From Candidatus Latescibacterota bacterium (GTDB lineage: Bacteria > Latescibacterota > UBA2968 > UBA8231): a stretch of DNA of 64,000 bases. Positions 1 to 10,963 of this stretch are shown in pieces. The position numbers and the translations under genes were made by a program. Under the pieces are notes generated by a model, which was not told the DNA's origin, did no database searches, and worked only from the letters and a program-made list of their open reading frames with translations. Every line of letters begins with the position of its first letter. Position 1 is the stretch's first letter. The stretch lies in the NCBI GenBank assembly GCA_029941565.1, contig JAPYRN010000004.1:119797-183796 (forward strand), given 5' to 3'.

Positions 1-105
1 CTTGATGGTTCGCCCCAGTCCCGGATTTCGACTCGGCCTTCCCTCCCTGTCGACCTACATACCCGACTAGGACAACTGTCTGCACCTCAGAGAGGTCGCA
101 CAACT

Positions 106-3100
106 ATGAAGTATCCCGCTGCATTTCCCTCCAAGCAGGGGTTATACGACCCGCGGCACGAGCACGATGCCTGTGGCATCGGCTTTGTTGCCCACATCAA
201 GGGTCAGCGCTCGCACGGAATCGTGCAGCAGGCGTTGGATGTCCTGGTCTCCCTCGATCATCGAGGGGCTCGCGGCGCCGAACCGAATACGGGCGACGGC
301 GCCGGCATCCTGATGCAGATTCCGGATCGCTTTCTGCGCGAAGAGATGACCACAGCAGGTGTCGAGTTGCCCCCGGCCGGCCAATATGGCGTCGGCATGG
401 TCTACCTGCCGCGGATTCATGCGTCACACCGTCATTTCTGCGAACAGGCCTTCGGTGAAATTGTCGAAGACGAGGGACAACACCTGTTGGGCTGGCGCGA
501 CGTGCCCACCGACAACAGCTCCATCGGTATGTGGGCGCAGTCACACGAACCCGTCATGCGGCAGGTCTTCATTAGGCAGAGCGCCAACATCGCCGGCGGA
601 GATGCCGAGGCGCAACTGCTGGCTTTCGAGCGCAAGCTTTATGTCATCGGCAAACGCGCCGCCCACGAGATCCGCCACAGTGACGAGGAAGAAGGGGACG
701 CGTTCTACCTTTCGAGTTTGTCCTGCCGGACCATCGTCTACAAGGGCATGCTGACACCGGAACAGGTGGAAGACTACTACCCCGAACTCAGTGACGAACG
801 CGTGGAGGCCGCCATTGCCCTCGTGCACTCCCGCTTCTCGACCAACACCTTTCCCAGCTGGGAGCGTGCGCATCCATATCGCTACGTGATCCACAACGGT
901 GAGATCAACACGCTGCGTGGCAACGTCAACTGGATGAAGACGCGGGAGGCACTCATCGACTCCGGCGTTTTCGATGATGATCTGGCCAAGCTCTTCCCCA
1001 TCATCGAGGAGGACGGCTCCGACTCGGCGATGTTCGACAACTGTCTCGAGTTTCTCCATCTCGGTGGCCGCTCGCTGCCGCACGCCTTGATGATGATGAT
1101 CCCGGAACCCTGGGAACGTCACGAGAACATGTCGGACGAGAAGCGCGCGTTCTACGAATTCCATGCCTGCATGATGGAGCCCTGGGACGGACCGGCATCG
1201 GTGGCCTTCACCGACGGCTCCGTCGTCGGCGCGGCGCTCGACCGCAATGGTCTGCGGCCGTCGCGGTACTACGTCACCAAGGATGATCGGATCATCATGG
1301 GCTCCGAAGTCGGCGTGCTCGAAGTGGATGACGAGAATGTCCTGCACAAGGGCCGCCTGCAACCGGGCCGCATGTTCCTGGTGGACACCAAGGCGGGGCG
1401 CATCATCGCCGATGAAGAACTCAAACATTCGGTGGCGATCGAACATCCGTACCGACAGTGGCTGGACGACAACCTCGTCGATTTGCATGAGATCCCCGAC
1501 GTACCGCACGAATCGATCGTGCGCGATCACGAGACCATCCTGCAGCACCAGCAGGCTTTTGGTTTCACCTTCGAGGATCTGCGTGTGCAGCTCGGACCGA
1601 TGGCGCGTGACGCCGTGTGGCCCACCGGCTCCATGGGCAACGACGCACCCCTGGCGGTGCTCTCCGACCGACCGCACCTGCTGTACAACTACTTCAAGCA
1701 GCTCTTTGCGCAGGTCACCAATCCGCCCATCGACCCGATTCGCGAAGAGCTGGTGACGGCAACGGAGACCACCCTGGGGGCCGAGCGCAACCTGCTGGAG
1801 CCGGAGCCGGCGAGCTGTCGGCAGATCCGCCTGGATTCGCCGTCCCTGACCGATGCCGAGATGGAGAAGTTGAAAACCCTCGATCTGCCCGGCTTCCAGG
1901 TACAGGTCCTGCCGATGTTGTTTACCGCCGACGGTGGCGAAGCAGCACTGCGCGCTGCCCTCGACCAGTTGTTCGCTGATGCGGAGGCCGCCATCGATGG
2001 TGGCGCCAACATCCTGATCCTGTCGGACCGTGGTGTCAACGAAAAGCTGGCGGCGATCCCGGCGCTGCTCGCCTCGGCAGGGCTGCATCACCACCTGATC
2101 CGCTCGGGCAAACGGTCGCGCACCGGGCTCGTGCTGGAAACGGGTGAACCCCGCGAGGTCCACCATTTCTGCCTGCTGCTCGGGTACGGTGTCAACGCCA
2201 TCAACCCGTATATCGTCTATGAGTCTCTCGCCGACATGATCGACGAGGGTATGCTCCGCGACATCGATCTCGACACGGCGATGGAGAACTTCAACAAGGC
2301 CGTGCTCAAGGGGGTCGTGAAGGTGATGTCGAAGATGGGCATCTCCACCTTTAAGTCGTACCGCGGCGCGCAGATCTTTGAGGCCGTGGGAATCAAGAAG
2401 AGTGTCATCGACGAGTTCTTCACGTGGACGGACTCGCGCGTGGAGGGCATCGGACTCGATGTCATTGCCGAAGAGGCACATCGTCGACACGTGGCCGCCT
2501 TCCCCAGATTTGGCAGCAACGGCGCTGCCCTGGACACGGGGGGCGAGTACCAGTGGCGGATGCACGGCGAGTACCACCTGTTCAACCCGAAGACCGTGCA
2601 CCTGTTGCAAAAAGCGGCACGGACGAATGACACCGCCGCATACGAGCAATACGCCGAGCTGATCAACGACCAGACCGAAAACGATCGTATGGCAACCTTG
2701 CGGGGGCTGCTTGAATTCGTCGATCCCGAGGGTGGCGGCATCCCGCTCAAAGAAGTGGAGTCCGTCGAGGCGATCACGAGTCGTTTCAAGACGGGTGCAA
2801 TGTCGTACGGGTCGATCAGCAAAGAGGCCCACGAGGCGCTGGCGATCGCCATGAACCGCATTGGCGGCCGTTCGAACACGGGGGAAGGAGGCGAGGATCC
2901 GGCGCGCTACACCCGCGAGGCCAATGGCGACTCGAAGAACTCCGCCATCAAGCAGGTCGCCTCCGGACGCTTCGGTGTGACCAGCAACTATCTGGTGAAT
3001 GCCCGCGAGCTGCAGATCAAGATGGCCCAGGGCGCCAAACCCGGAGAGGGTGGCGAGTTGCCCGGCGGCAAGGTCTACCCGTGGATCGCCAAGGTGCGCC

Positions 3101-4737
3101 AGTCGACGCCGGGCGTCGGTCTGATCTCACCGCCGCCACACCACGACATCTACTCGATCGAGGATCTGGCAGAGCTGGTCCACGATCTGAAGAATGCCAA
3201 CAAGGATGCCCGCATCAACGTCAAGCTTGTGTCCGAGGTCGGTGTCGGCACCGTCGCTGCCGGCGTTGCCAAGGGCAAGGCAGACGTGGTCCTGATCAGT
3301 GGCCACGATGGCGGCACGGGAGCGTCCCCGCAGACCAGCATCAAACATGCGGGACTGCCGTGGGAACTGGGTCTGGCCGACACACACCAGACGTTGGTCC
3401 TCAACCATCTGCGCGACCGCATCGTCGTCGAGACGGATGGTCAACTCAAGACCGGCCGGGATGTGGCCATCGCCTGTCTGCTCGGCGCTGAAGAGTTTGG
3501 TTTTGCCACGACGGCGCTGGTATCGATGGGTTGCATCATGATGCGGGTCTGTCACCTGGATACCTGTCCCGTCGGTGTGGCGACACAGAACCCCGAGCTG
3601 CGCAAACTGTTCACGGGAACGCCGGACAACGTCGTCAATTTCCTGCACTTCATCGCCGAGGACCTGCGCAAGGTGATGGCTCGCCTCGGCTTCCGCACCA
3701 TCGACGAGATGGTGGGCCGCACCGACCGTCTGCGACAGCGGCCGACGGAACACTGGAAAGCGAAAGGTCTCGATCTGACGCCCCTGTTACACCGGCCGGA
3801 TGTGGGTGATGAGGTCGGTCTGCATTGCACCAAAACACAGGATCACGGCATCGAACAGTGCCTCGATATGACGACGCTGCTGGAAGCCTGCCGGCCTGCT
3901 ATCGAGCGTGGTGAATCGGTGCGTGGCGAGTATCCCATCGTCAACACGAATCGTGTGACGGGGACCATCACCGGCGGCGAGATCACCAAGCGTTACGGTC
4001 CCGATGGACTGCCGGAGGACACCGTGCAGTTCAAGTTCAATGGCTCCGCCGGGCAGAGCTTTGGCGCCTTCATTCCCCCGGGGATGACCCTGGAACTCTC
4101 CGGAGACGCCAATGACTACTTCGGCAAGGGGTTGTCGGGCGGCAAGCTGATACTGTATCCGCCGGCTGCCTCGACCTTCGTTCCCCGAGATGAGATCATC
4201 GTCGGCAACGTGGCGCTCTATGGGGCCACCAACGGCGAAGTCTATATCCATGGCATGGCAGGAGAACGGTTCTGTGTGCGCAACTCAGGGGCTCGTGCCG
4301 TCGTCGAATCGGTGGGCGACCACGGCTGTGAGTACATGACCGGTGGCCTCGCCGTCGTGCTGGGGCCGACTGGGCGTAACTTTGCCGCCGGCATGTCCGG
4401 CGGTGTCGCCTACGTGCTCGATAAAGCAGGAGAATTCGCCGGTCACTGTAATCAGGACATGGTCGATCTGTTGCCATTGGAGGAGGAGGAAGATATCGCC
4501 GAAGTGCGGGATCTGATCACACGCCATGTCCGCTTCACACAATCGGCTCTGGGTCAGGAGATTCTCGACCATTGGAGCGACAGGGTGAAGGAGTTCGTGA
4601 AGGTCTTGCCACGGGACTACCGGCGCATGATGGCGTCCCTCGATCGAGCCCATGAATCGGGTTTGGAAGGGGAGGACGCCGTGTTGCAGGCCTTCCTCGA
4701 CAACCGTGATGAGACTGCAAACGTGGTGGAAAACTGA
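106..4737 (+). CDS. gltB: glutamate synthase large subunit (GOGAT alpha chain)
   Basis: 1543-aa ORF. N-terminus MKYPAAFP...[16 protein letters not shown] is the class-II glutamine amidotransferase start with the catalytic Cys right after processing. The central FMN/Fe-S region ([18 protein letters not shown]) and C-terminal Gly-rich beta-helix domain are typical of GltB. Confidence 0.95.
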   Translation: MKYPAAFPSKQGLYDPRHEHDACGIGFVAHIKGQRSHGIVQQALDVLVSLDHRGARGAEPNTGDGAGILMQIPDRFLREEMTTAGVELPPAGQYGVGMVYLPRIHASHRHFCEQAFGEIVEDEGQHLLGWRDVPTDNSSIGMWAQSHEPVMRQVFIRQSANIAGGDAEAQLLAFERKLYVIGKRAAHEIRHSDEEEGDAFYLSSLSCRTIVYKGMLTPEQVEDYYPELSDERVEAAIALVHSRFSTNTFPSWERAHPYRYVIHNGEINTLRGNVNWMKTREALIDSGVFDDDLAKLFPIIEEDGSDSAMFDNCLEFLHLGGRSLPHALMMMIPEPWERHENMSDEKRAFYEFHACMMEPWDGPASVAFTDGSVVGAALDRNGLRPSRYYVTKDDRIIMGSEVGVLEVDDENVLHKGRLQPGRMFLVDTKAGRIIADEELKHSVAIEHPYRQWLDDNLVDLHEIPDVPHESIVRDHETILQHQQAFGFTFEDLRVQLGPMARDAVWPTGSMGNDAPLAVLSDRPHLLYNYFKQLFAQVTNPPIDPIREELVTATETTLGAERNLLEPEPASCRQIRLDSPSLTDAEMEKLKTLDLPGFQVQVLPMLFTADGGEAALRAALDQLFADAEAAIDGGANILILSDRGVNEKLAAIPALLASAGLHHHLIRSGKRSRTGLVLETGEPREVHHFCLLLGYGVNAINPYIVYESLADMIDEGMLRDIDLDTAMENFNKAVLKGVVKVMSKMGISTFKSYRGAQIFEAVGIKKSVIDEFFTWTDSRVEGIGLDVIAEEAHRRHVAAFPRFGSNGAALDTGGEYQWRMHGEYHLFNPKTVHLLQKAARTNDTAAYEQYAELINDQTENDRMATLRGLLEFVDPEGGGIPLKEVESVEAITSRFKTGAMSYGSISKEAHEALAIAMNRIGGRSNTGEGGEDPARYTREANGDSKNSAIKQVASGRFGVTSNYLVNARELQIKMAQGAKPGEGGELPGGKVYPWIAKVRQSTPGVGLISPPPHHDIYSIEDLAELVHDLKNANKDARINVKLVSEVGVGTVAAGVAKGKADVVLISGHDGGTGASPQTSIKHAGLPWELGLADTHQTLVLNHLRDRIVVETDGQLKTGRDVAIACLLGAEEFGFATTALVSMGCIMMRVCHLDTCPVGVATQNPELRKLFTGTPDNVVNFLHFIAEDLRKVMARLGFRTIDEMVGRTDRLRQRPTEHWKAKGLDLTPLLHRPDVGDEVGLHCTKTQDHGIEQCLDMTTLLEACRPAIERGESVRGEYPIVNTNRVTGTITGGEITKRYGPDGLPEDTVQFKFNGSAGQSFGAFIPPGMTLELSGDANDYFGKGLSGGKLILYPPAASTFVPRDEIIVGNVALYGATNGEVYIHGMAGERFCVRNSGARAVVESVGDHGCEYMTGGLAVVLGPTGRNFAAGMSGGVAYVLDKAGEFAGHCNQDMVDLLPLEEEEDIAEVRDLITRHVRFTQSALGQEILDHWSDRVKEFVKVLPRDYRRMMASLDRAHESGLEGEDAVLQAFLDNRDETANVVEN

Positions 4738-4759
4738 CGTGGGTAAGCCTACTGGTTTT

Positions 4760-6229
4760 ATGGAGACGGATCGGGAGTTGCCGCAGGATCGGGATCCCAT
4801 CGAACGGCTCAAGGACTTTGATGAATTCCACCTGCACCTGAGCGAGCAGACGCTGCGCGAGCAGGGGGGTCGGTGCATGGACTGTGGTGTCCCATTCTGT
4901 CATATGGGCACAACACTACCGGTCAACTCACCCTTCGCCGCCGGTTGCCCGATCAACAACCTCATCCCGGAGTGGAACGACCTCGTCTATCGCGGTCGGT
5001 GGCAGGAAGCGCTGGACCGGTTGCACAAGACAAACTGTTTTCCCGAGTTCACGGGACGGGTTTGTCCGGCGCCTTGCGAAGGCTCGTGTGTGCTCGGCAT
5101 CAACGATCCAGCGGTGACGATCAAGAATATCGAGGTCTCCATCATCGATAAAGCCTGGGAAGAGGGCTGGGTCGTGCCGCAACCACCGGAGAAACGGACG
5201 GGCAAGTCTGTCGCCGTCGTCGGCTCGGGTCCCGCGGGGATGTCTGGCGCCATGCAACTGAATCGCGCCGGCCACCGGGTCACGGTGTTTGAACGGTCTG
5301 ATCGGATCGGTGGCCTGCTGATGTATGGCATCCCGAATATGAAACTCGACAAGAAGTATGTGGAACGTCGCGTGCATCAGATGGAGGCGGAGGGTGTCAC
5401 TTTCGTCACCAATACCGAGGTCGGCTCAGACATTGAGGCGCAGAAGCTCATCGACGATCACGACGCCGTCGTGTTGTGCATCGGCGCGCTGAAGCCACGT
5501 GATCTGCCCATACCGGGACGTGAGCTGAATGGTGTGCATCAAGCCCTTGACTTTCTGCACGCCAACACGAAGTCGCTGCTGGACTCAGAGCTCGCCGATG
5601 GCAATTACATCTCGGCGAAGGGTAAGAATGTGATCGTGCTGGGCGGCGCCGATACGGGCACCGACTGCGTTGCCACGTCACTACGACACGAATGCAACAG
5701 CGTTTTTCAGTTCGATATCATCCCGCCCCCTCCGGCAACCCGCGCCGCCAACAATCCGTGGCCGGAGTGGCCAAAGGTGTACAAGCTCGACTACGGCCAT
5801 GAAGAGGCCGAGGCCCGCGATGGACGAGATCCGCGCGAGTTCCTTATCAGCACCGCAGAATTTCTCGGCGACGAGGACGGCAATCTGCGCGCCCTGCGCA
5901 CGGGCCAGGTCGAGTGGGTACAGACCGACAGTGGCCCACCCTTCCGCGCGGTACCTGGCACGGAGAAAGAATGGCCGGCGGAGTTGGTACTGCTCGCCAT
6001 GGGTTGGCTTGGCCCACAGGACACGGTGCCAGAGGCTTTGGGTCTGGAACGGGATCAGCGTTCGAATGTGAAGGCGGAAGCCGGCAAGTATGCGACCAAT
6101 GTCCCCGGTGTATTTGCGGCAGGGGATGTGCGTCGTGGCATGAGTTTGGTGGTGTGGGCATTTAAGGAGGGGCGTGAAGCGGCGCGGGAGTGTGATCGTT
6201 ATCTGATGGGTTCTACTTCGCTGCCCTGA
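4760..6229 (+). CDS. gltD: glutamate synthase small subunit (NAD(P)H-dependent, beta chain)
   Basis: ATG at 4760, 22 nt after the gltB stop. The six-frame ORF from 4652 overlaps gltB in another frame, so the N-terminal extension is rejected. Fe-S cysteine cluster [10 protein letters not shown]...CPAPCEGSC. Two dinucleotide-binding motifs, [10 protein letters not shown] and [10 protein letters not shown]. Confidence 0.9.
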   Translation: METDRELPQDRDPIERLKDFDEFHLHLSEQTLREQGGRCMDCGVPFCHMGTTLPVNSPFAAGCPINNLIPEWNDLVYRGRWQEALDRLHKTNCFPEFTGRVCPAPCEGSCVLGINDPAVTIKNIEVSIIDKAWEEGWVVPQPPEKRTGKSVAVVGSGPAGMSGAMQLNRAGHRVTVFERSDRIGGLLMYGIPNMKLDKKYVERRVHQMEAEGVTFVTNTEVGSDIEAQKLIDDHDAVVLCIGALKPRDLPIPGRELNGVHQALDFLHANTKSLLDSELADGNYISAKGKNVIVLGGADTGTDCVATSLRHECNSVFQFDIIPPPPATRAANNPWPEWPKVYKLDYGHEEAEARDGRDPREFLISTAEFLGDEDGNLRALRTGQVEWVQTDSGPPFRAVPGTEKEWPAELVLLAMGWLGPQDTVPEALGLERDQRSNVKAEAGKYATNVPGVFAAGDVRRGMSLVVWAFKEGREAARECDRYLMGSTSLP

Positions 6230-6353
6230 TATTGTTATGTACAGTAGTTCAGGTCGAAGTACTGTCAGCCGTCGAGTGGTGATTCACTTTCTGGCGGTGG
6301 CGCTCCCGTGTGCGGCGTATTTCTGCTGTCACCTTTTCGGTTATCTTCTTGGC

Positions 6354-6800
6354 ATGGCAAAACTTACTGACGAGGTCAGCAGTTTCAGCGAGTCGCAACA
6401 CTTTCTGCTGTTGGATTCGGATTTGAAGAGTCATGCCGAACCTTTGCTCGCCCATTGGTGCGACGAGGTCGGTTCTGTTGTTTCGCAAGAGAGTATGGCG
6501 CGGGCGTTGCATGGCGTGGCTCGTCTGGATGTGCCGCTGCAACATAGGCAGGCCTTCCCGGAGTTGTTGCGCGCGTTTCTGGAATTTCTTCCTTCGACGG
6601 GTCAATTTCCCCGTGGTGACGAATGGGCGGATCGCATTTCGGCCATGGAGACAGAATACGCTGCCGGGTTCCGTGACGATGGTTCGGTGCGTGGTGCCAC
6701 CGTGCGCAAGGCGGGCGCCGAGACGGGGCGTAATGACCCGTGTCCCTGTGGCAGTGGCAGGAAATACAAGAAGTGTTGCATGTCGTTGTTAGAAGGCTGA
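6354..6800 (+). CDS. SEC-C metal-binding motif protein (YecA/UPF0149-like)
   Basis: Start chosen at the internal ATG 6354 (MAKLTDE...). The upstream part of ORF 6237 is hydrophobic and junk-like. The C-terminus [16 protein letters not shown] is a canonical SEC-C zinc-binding motif. Confidence 0.55.
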   Translation: MAKLTDEVSSFSESQHFLLLDSDLKSHAEPLLAHWCDEVGSVVSQESMARALHGVARLDVPLQHRQAFPELLRAFLEFLPSTGQFPRGDEWADRISAMETEYAAGFRDDGSVRGATVRKAGAETGRNDPCPCGSGRKYKKCCMSLLEG

Positions 6801-6804
6801 AAGC

Positions 6805-7740
6805 TTGACGGATCTAGCTACACGTCGCCTCGGAAGAAGTGAGCTGCAGCCCGCCGCCCTCGGCCTGGGGGGCGCCTGGTGGCATAAGGCGGGACGGCAG
6901 GGCACCATCGCCGGTATCGAGGCTGCCCTCGATCTTGGCATGAACTTTCTCGACACGTATCCCGGTCAACACGAGCAGACCTGGGGGGACGTGTTGGCCC
7001 AGGACGGTCGTCGTGAAGGCGTTTACCTGCAGGCGAAGGTGAGTTGCCATGTACAAAATGAGCGTACGTCGGACCATTCAGCAGCCAAGACCAGATCAAG
7101 TGTTGAAGGATCTCTGCGGGATCTGCGTACCGATTATCTCGATAGTGTCATCATCCACGGTTATGATCAGCCTGAACAGCTGCAGACGGGCGATATTCTC
7201 GATCCCCTGGCACCCGGTAATGCGCTCGACGAACTGCTGAAGATGAAGGCGGAAGGCAAGGTGCGACACATCGGCATCGGCGCTCGTTCAGCAGAGGTCC
7301 ACAAACGCGCCATCGCCACGGGGCACATCGAACTGATCCTGACGTATCTCGAATACAATCTGCTGACACAGGCGGCAGCGACGGAGTTGTTTCCGTTGTG
7401 CCGGGAGCTGGATGTGGGTGTCATTCTCGCCAGCCCGTTGGCGATGGGGTTGCTTACCGGCGCTGAACCGGACGCCGCAGACGAACAGCGCAAGATCCGG
7501 GACCTGACCGAGCCACGGGCGCAGCGTATGTGGCGTTGGTGTCAGGAACGGGATATCGACATTCGACATCTGGCAATCCAGTATTGTCTGGCAGCGCCTG
7601 TGGATGGGTTCGTGTTGCCGGGCCAGGCGAGTGCGGACGAGGTGCGGTCGTCGTATGAGGCAGCGACATGTACTGTGGGGGCGGATGTCTGGCGGGAGTT
7701 TGGGGGGGAGTTTGGGATTGGTGTTGAGGGGTTGGTTTGA
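6805..7740 (+). CDS. aldo/keto reductase family oxidoreductase
   Basis: 311 aa. AKR motifs LGLGGAWW, MNFLDTYPGQHE, IIHGYDQP, KVRHIGIGARSAEV. Lies 5 nt after the SEC-C gene stop. Confidence 0.8.
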   Translation: MTDLATRRLGRSELQPAALGLGGAWWHKAGRQGTIAGIEAALDLGMNFLDTYPGQHEQTWGDVLAQDGRREGVYLQAKVSCHVQNERTSDHSAAKTRSSVEGSLRDLRTDYLDSVIIHGYDQPEQLQTGDILDPLAPGNALDELLKMKAEGKVRHIGIGARSAEVHKRAIATGHIELILTYLEYNLLTQAAATELFPLCRELDVGVILASPLAMGLLTGAEPDAADEQRKIRDLTEPRAQRMWRWCQERDIDIRHLAIQYCLAAPVDGFVLPGQASADEVRSSYEAATCTVGADVWREFGGEFGIGVEGLV

Positions 7741-7789
7741 CGCTGTGACGTGACGGATCACACAGTTCACCGCGTGTACTTCTGATCTA

Positions 7790-7827
7790 TTGACAAAATT
7801 CACTCCCATCGGTTAACATCGTTAACC
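7790..7827 (+). promoter_or_regulatory. sigma70-like promoter with perfect palindromic TetR-type operator GGTTAAC-ATC-GTTAACC abutting the tetR start codon
   Basis: TTGACA at 7790-7795. TAACAT-like -10 about 17 nt downstream. Perfect 7-3-7 inverted repeat at 7811-7827 ends at the ATG (7828) of the TetR gene. Confidence 0.5.
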
Positions 7828-8454
7828 ATGAACCGCAATGACATTCTCACCCACGCCTGTGAACTCTACCTGCAGGGCGGCATCGAGGCTGTGTCGATGC
7901 GCCGCCTAGCGCGGGACCTCGGTGTAACTGCACCGGCGTTGTACAAGCACTACGGCAATCGCGAAGAGATGTTGCTCGATGTTGTCAGTGAGGCCTATCG
8001 CCTATGCGGTGAGCACCTCACGGGCGCGTTGTCGGGCCGCACGCCACGCGAGCGTTTCCGCATGGCAGGCGAGGGTTATCTCGACTTCGCCTTGAAACAC
8101 CCCAAGTTTTATGAAATGATGTACGCACCAGCCCACACGCTGGGGGTGAAAATCTTCCCGGACGTGGTGACGGCGCGTATGGCCGGCGTCGGCCAGTTTT
8201 TTAATGATCGCGTGCGCGAATGTATCGACGCGGGGTTACTGCAGCCCCTCGACGCGCAGGAGGTCTCCCTGACGCTTTGGGCACACGCTCATGGTTTGAT
8301 CTCCATCTACCTGCGGGGCTGTCTGCATATGGACGAGGAAGTTTTCAGATCGGTGTACTTCGAATCGGGTTGGCGTGTCATTCACGGCATGGCGACACCG
8401 CAGTATGAAGCGGAAAAGGAGCTGGAGGATATGGCGGAGGGTGCATCAGGATGA
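7828..8454 (+). CDS. TetR/AcrR family transcriptional regulator
   Basis: N-terminal HTH ILTHACELYLQGGIEAVSMRRLARDLGVTAPALYKHYGNREEM. 208 aa. Immediately upstream of an efflux operon. Confidence 0.85.
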   Translation: MNRNDILTHACELYLQGGIEAVSMRRLARDLGVTAPALYKHYGNREEMLLDVVSEAYRLCGEHLTGALSGRTPRERFRMAGEGYLDFALKHPKFYEMMYAPAHTLGVKIFPDVVTARMAGVGQFFNDRVRECIDAGLLQPLDAQEVSLTLWAHAHGLISIYLRGCLHMDEEVFRSVYFESGWRVIHGMATPQYEAEKELEDMAEGASG

Positions 8455-9887
8455 CGGTACTGTCCCAGCTAGTACGAGTCGTCGTCCTCTGTTTCTTGGC
8501 CTCTTCCGTCGTCGCACAATCCACACAGGATCGAGGGGCTCTCGCCGACGAACTTCTGCTCACCGTCGATGGCGCCGTGCGCCTCGCGCTGGAACGCAGC
8601 CGCGATCTGCGCAATGCCAGCGACGGGCTCAGCGAAGCCCGCGCCCAGGCGTCGGAGACGTGGGGTCAGCTGTGGCCACAGATCAGTGCCTCGGCAAGTT
8701 ATGTGCGCAACATTTCTCCCGCCGTCTCCTTCGTGCCGGCGCGGGTATTCGATGCCAGTGCGCCGGAGGGAGAGTTCATCTCCCTGCAATTCGGCGCCGA
8801 CAACAGCTGGCAGAGCGCGATCAGCGTCGAACAACCCCTGTTCGATCCCGCCCTGCTGGTCAGCACGGGTGCCGCCGATCGTTTCGAACGCCTCCAGGTC
8901 GAAGTCGTACGCGGCCGGGCGCAACAAGTGGCGACGCGGGTGCGCATGTTGTGCTACGATCTGTTGTTGCGCGAAGAACAGGTACAGCTCATCGAACGAT
9001 CGTTGTTGCGAGTGCGGCAAGCGCTGTCCGAGACCAAAGCCCGTTCCCGGGCGGGTATGGCGACCTCCTACGATGAGCTCCGCCTGCGGGTGGAGCTCGC
9101 CAATCTCGAGTCCACGCAGTTGCAGGCACAGAACGAGGTGACGGCAACGCGGCGGCAACTGGCGGTGGAACTCGACATCGAAGATCCACTGCGACTGCGA
9201 CTGACGGAAACCACAGCTCTGACCGATACGACGCAGATCCCCGTACTCGAAGGCCTGGAAGATTCAACGGAGGCACTGGTGAACGCCGCCCTGTCGCAAC
9301 GCTCCGACATGCGTCAGTTGGCGCAGATGGTCACGCTGCGCAAGACACAGGTGCGTCTCGAACAGGTCGACTACCTGCCGACGGTATCCCTGTTTGGCAG
9401 CTGGGATGTGCAGGCGCAGCAGAATGGCAGCCCCAATTTTTTCGGTGACAGCCGCTCACGGGCAACGAGCAAGATCGCCGGCGTCAGCATGAAACTGCCC
9501 CTGTTCACCGGCATGCAGCGCAATGCTCGAATCCATCAACGGCAGGCCGTGCACCGCCAGGCAAAGACGGCAAAACAGCTGGGTGAGGACCAGGCGACGG
9601 CACAGGTCCGTGACCTGGTGGAGGGGTTGGCCGCAGCCGGTGTTCGCGAACGGGCCCAGCGGCTGGCCATGACCCAAGCCGACCGGGGGTATCAGATCAC
9701 GCTGGCCAGATATCGTCGGGGTGTCGGTAGTCGGCTGGAGATGACGGACGCTGAAGTCGCACTGCGACGCAGTGAATTCAACCACGCTCAGGCAGCGCAC
9801 GATCTGTTGACGACACGCGCTCGCCTCGACTTCGCCGTGGGCCATGTCGCCCTCGTCGATGGACAGACATCGGAAAGTCCGCAATGA
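8451..9887 (+). CDS. TolC-family outer membrane efflux protein
   Basis: ATGA start/stop overlap with tetR. Signal peptide. Two-repeat coiled-coil/beta organisation, Q/R/L-rich (478 aa), typical of OEP/TolC. Confidence 0.8.
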   Translation: MTVLSQLVRVVVLCFLASSVVAQSTQDRGALADELLLTVDGAVRLALERSRDLRNASDGLSEARAQASETWGQLWPQISASASYVRNISPAVSFVPARVFDASAPEGEFISLQFGADNSWQSAISVEQPLFDPALLVSTGAADRFERLQVEVVRGRAQQVATRVRMLCYDLLLREEQVQLIERSLLRVRQALSETKARSRAGMATSYDELRLRVELANLESTQLQAQNEVTATRRQLAVELDIEDPLRLRLTETTALTDTTQIPVLEGLEDSTEALVNAALSQRSDMRQLAQMVTLRKTQVRLEQVDYLPTVSLFGSWDVQAQQNGSPNFFGDSRSRATSKIAGVSMKLPLFTGMQRNARIHQRQAVHRQAKTAKQLGEDQATAQVRDLVEGLAAAGVRERAQRLAMTQADRGYQITLARYRRGVGSRLEMTDAEVALRRSEFNHAQAAHDLLTTRARLDFAVGHVALVDGQTSESPQ

Positions 9888-10960
9888 GTAAGACCCTTGC
9901 TACGCGGATCTATCTAGCCCTGGGTGCGGTCGCCCTGGCCTTGACGGCTGCCTGTGGAGGCGACGCCCAGAGCACGGAGGCAGCCGTCGTCGTTGAGGAT
10001 ACACGCCGCGTCATCAACGTGGAAGTGACAGTGTTGCAGGCGCAGGATTTTGGCGACGTCATCCGGCTCACGGGCACGGTTGCCGCCGATCGTGAGGTCA
10101 CGGTTGCCGCCGAGGAAGCAGGCACGGTGGCTCAGGTCCTGGTCGACAAGGGCACACCGGTCAACGAAGGTCAGCCTCTGATCCGTCTCGACGACGACCT
10201 GCTACAGGCACAATGGGACGAGGCAAGAGCGCAGTCAAAGTTGGCCCACGAACTGTGGGAACGAGTGCGCCGGTTGTATGAAGAGGACGGCATTGGCACG
10301 GAGAGCGGATACCTCGAGTCGCGGTACAGCGCCGAAGGGGCTGCCGCCCGGCTCGCCCTGATACACGAGCGGCTGCAGCGCACCACAATCCGCGCGCCCT
10401 TCGGTGGCATTTTCGACACTCGCCTTGTTGAGGTGGGGTCGGTGTTGGCGCCGGGACAGCCTGTGGGCAGTGTCGTCGATCTGACGCCATTGAAGGTGAC
10501 TGCTGGTGTGCCAGAACGGTATGCCGCCGACGTCGCGTTGGGTGTAGCGGCGGGTGTGAGTTTCAGCGATCTCGGACACGAGGGTGTGGCGAGTGTGTCG
10601 TATGTAGGCGCGCAGGTCCATCCCGACAATCGCACCTTCCTCGTCGAACTATCTCTCGATTCACCCGTGGTCGGCGCCAAGCCGCAGATGGTGGCGGACG
10701 TGGTGCTGCAACGGCGCGTGCTTCCCGGTGTCGTCGTCGTCCCACGTCAGGCGCTGATTCGAACCGAGGCGGGGTATGCCGCCTTCGTCGTCGTCGGCAC
10801 AGGCGACGAGGCTACCGCCAGTGCGCGTCAGGTGACGCAGGGACCGTCGGCGAGCGACCGGGTCGTCATCACCGAGGGGCTGTCTCCGGGGGATCGGGTT
10901 GTCATCGTTGGCCAGAACCAGGTCGCCGATGGTGACCGTGTGCGCATCGTGGGTGAGTGA
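9884..10960 (+). CDS. efflux RND transporter periplasmic adaptor subunit (HlyD/MFP family)
   Basis: ATGA overlap with the upstream gene. Lipoprotein signal LTAACGG. Biotinyl-lipoyl/beta-barrel motifs (RLTGTVAADREVTVAAEEAGTV, TIRAPFGGIF). Confidence 0.85.
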   Translation: MSKTLATRIYLALGAVALALTAACGGDAQSTEAAVVVEDTRRVINVEVTVLQAQDFGDVIRLTGTVAADREVTVAAEEAGTVAQVLVDKGTPVNEGQPLIRLDDDLLQAQWDEARAQSKLAHELWERVRRLYEEDGIGTESGYLESRYSAEGAAARLALIHERLQRTTIRAPFGGIFDTRLVEVGSVLAPGQPVGSVVDLTPLKVTAGVPERYAADVALGVAAGVSFSDLGHEGVASVSYVGAQVHPDNRTFLVELSLDSPVVGAKPQMVADVVLQRRVLPGVVVVPRQALIRTEAGYAAFVVVGTGDEATASARQVTQGPSASDRVVITEGLSPGDRVVIVGQNQVADGDRVRIVGE

Positions 10961-10963
10961 GCG

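Noticed and set aside
541-2832. 763-aa antisense ORF inside gltB (and many other long minus- or plus-strand ORFs overlapping annotated genes, e.g. 3127..3753, 5448..5681, 15539..16288, 22021..22413, 45430..46965, 47193..48470, 58222..58929, 59844..60497, 61676..62404)
   Set aside because: High-GC genomes generate long stop-free antisense frames. These have Arg/Pro/Gly-rich low-complexity translations, no RBS context, and overlap strongly supported genes.
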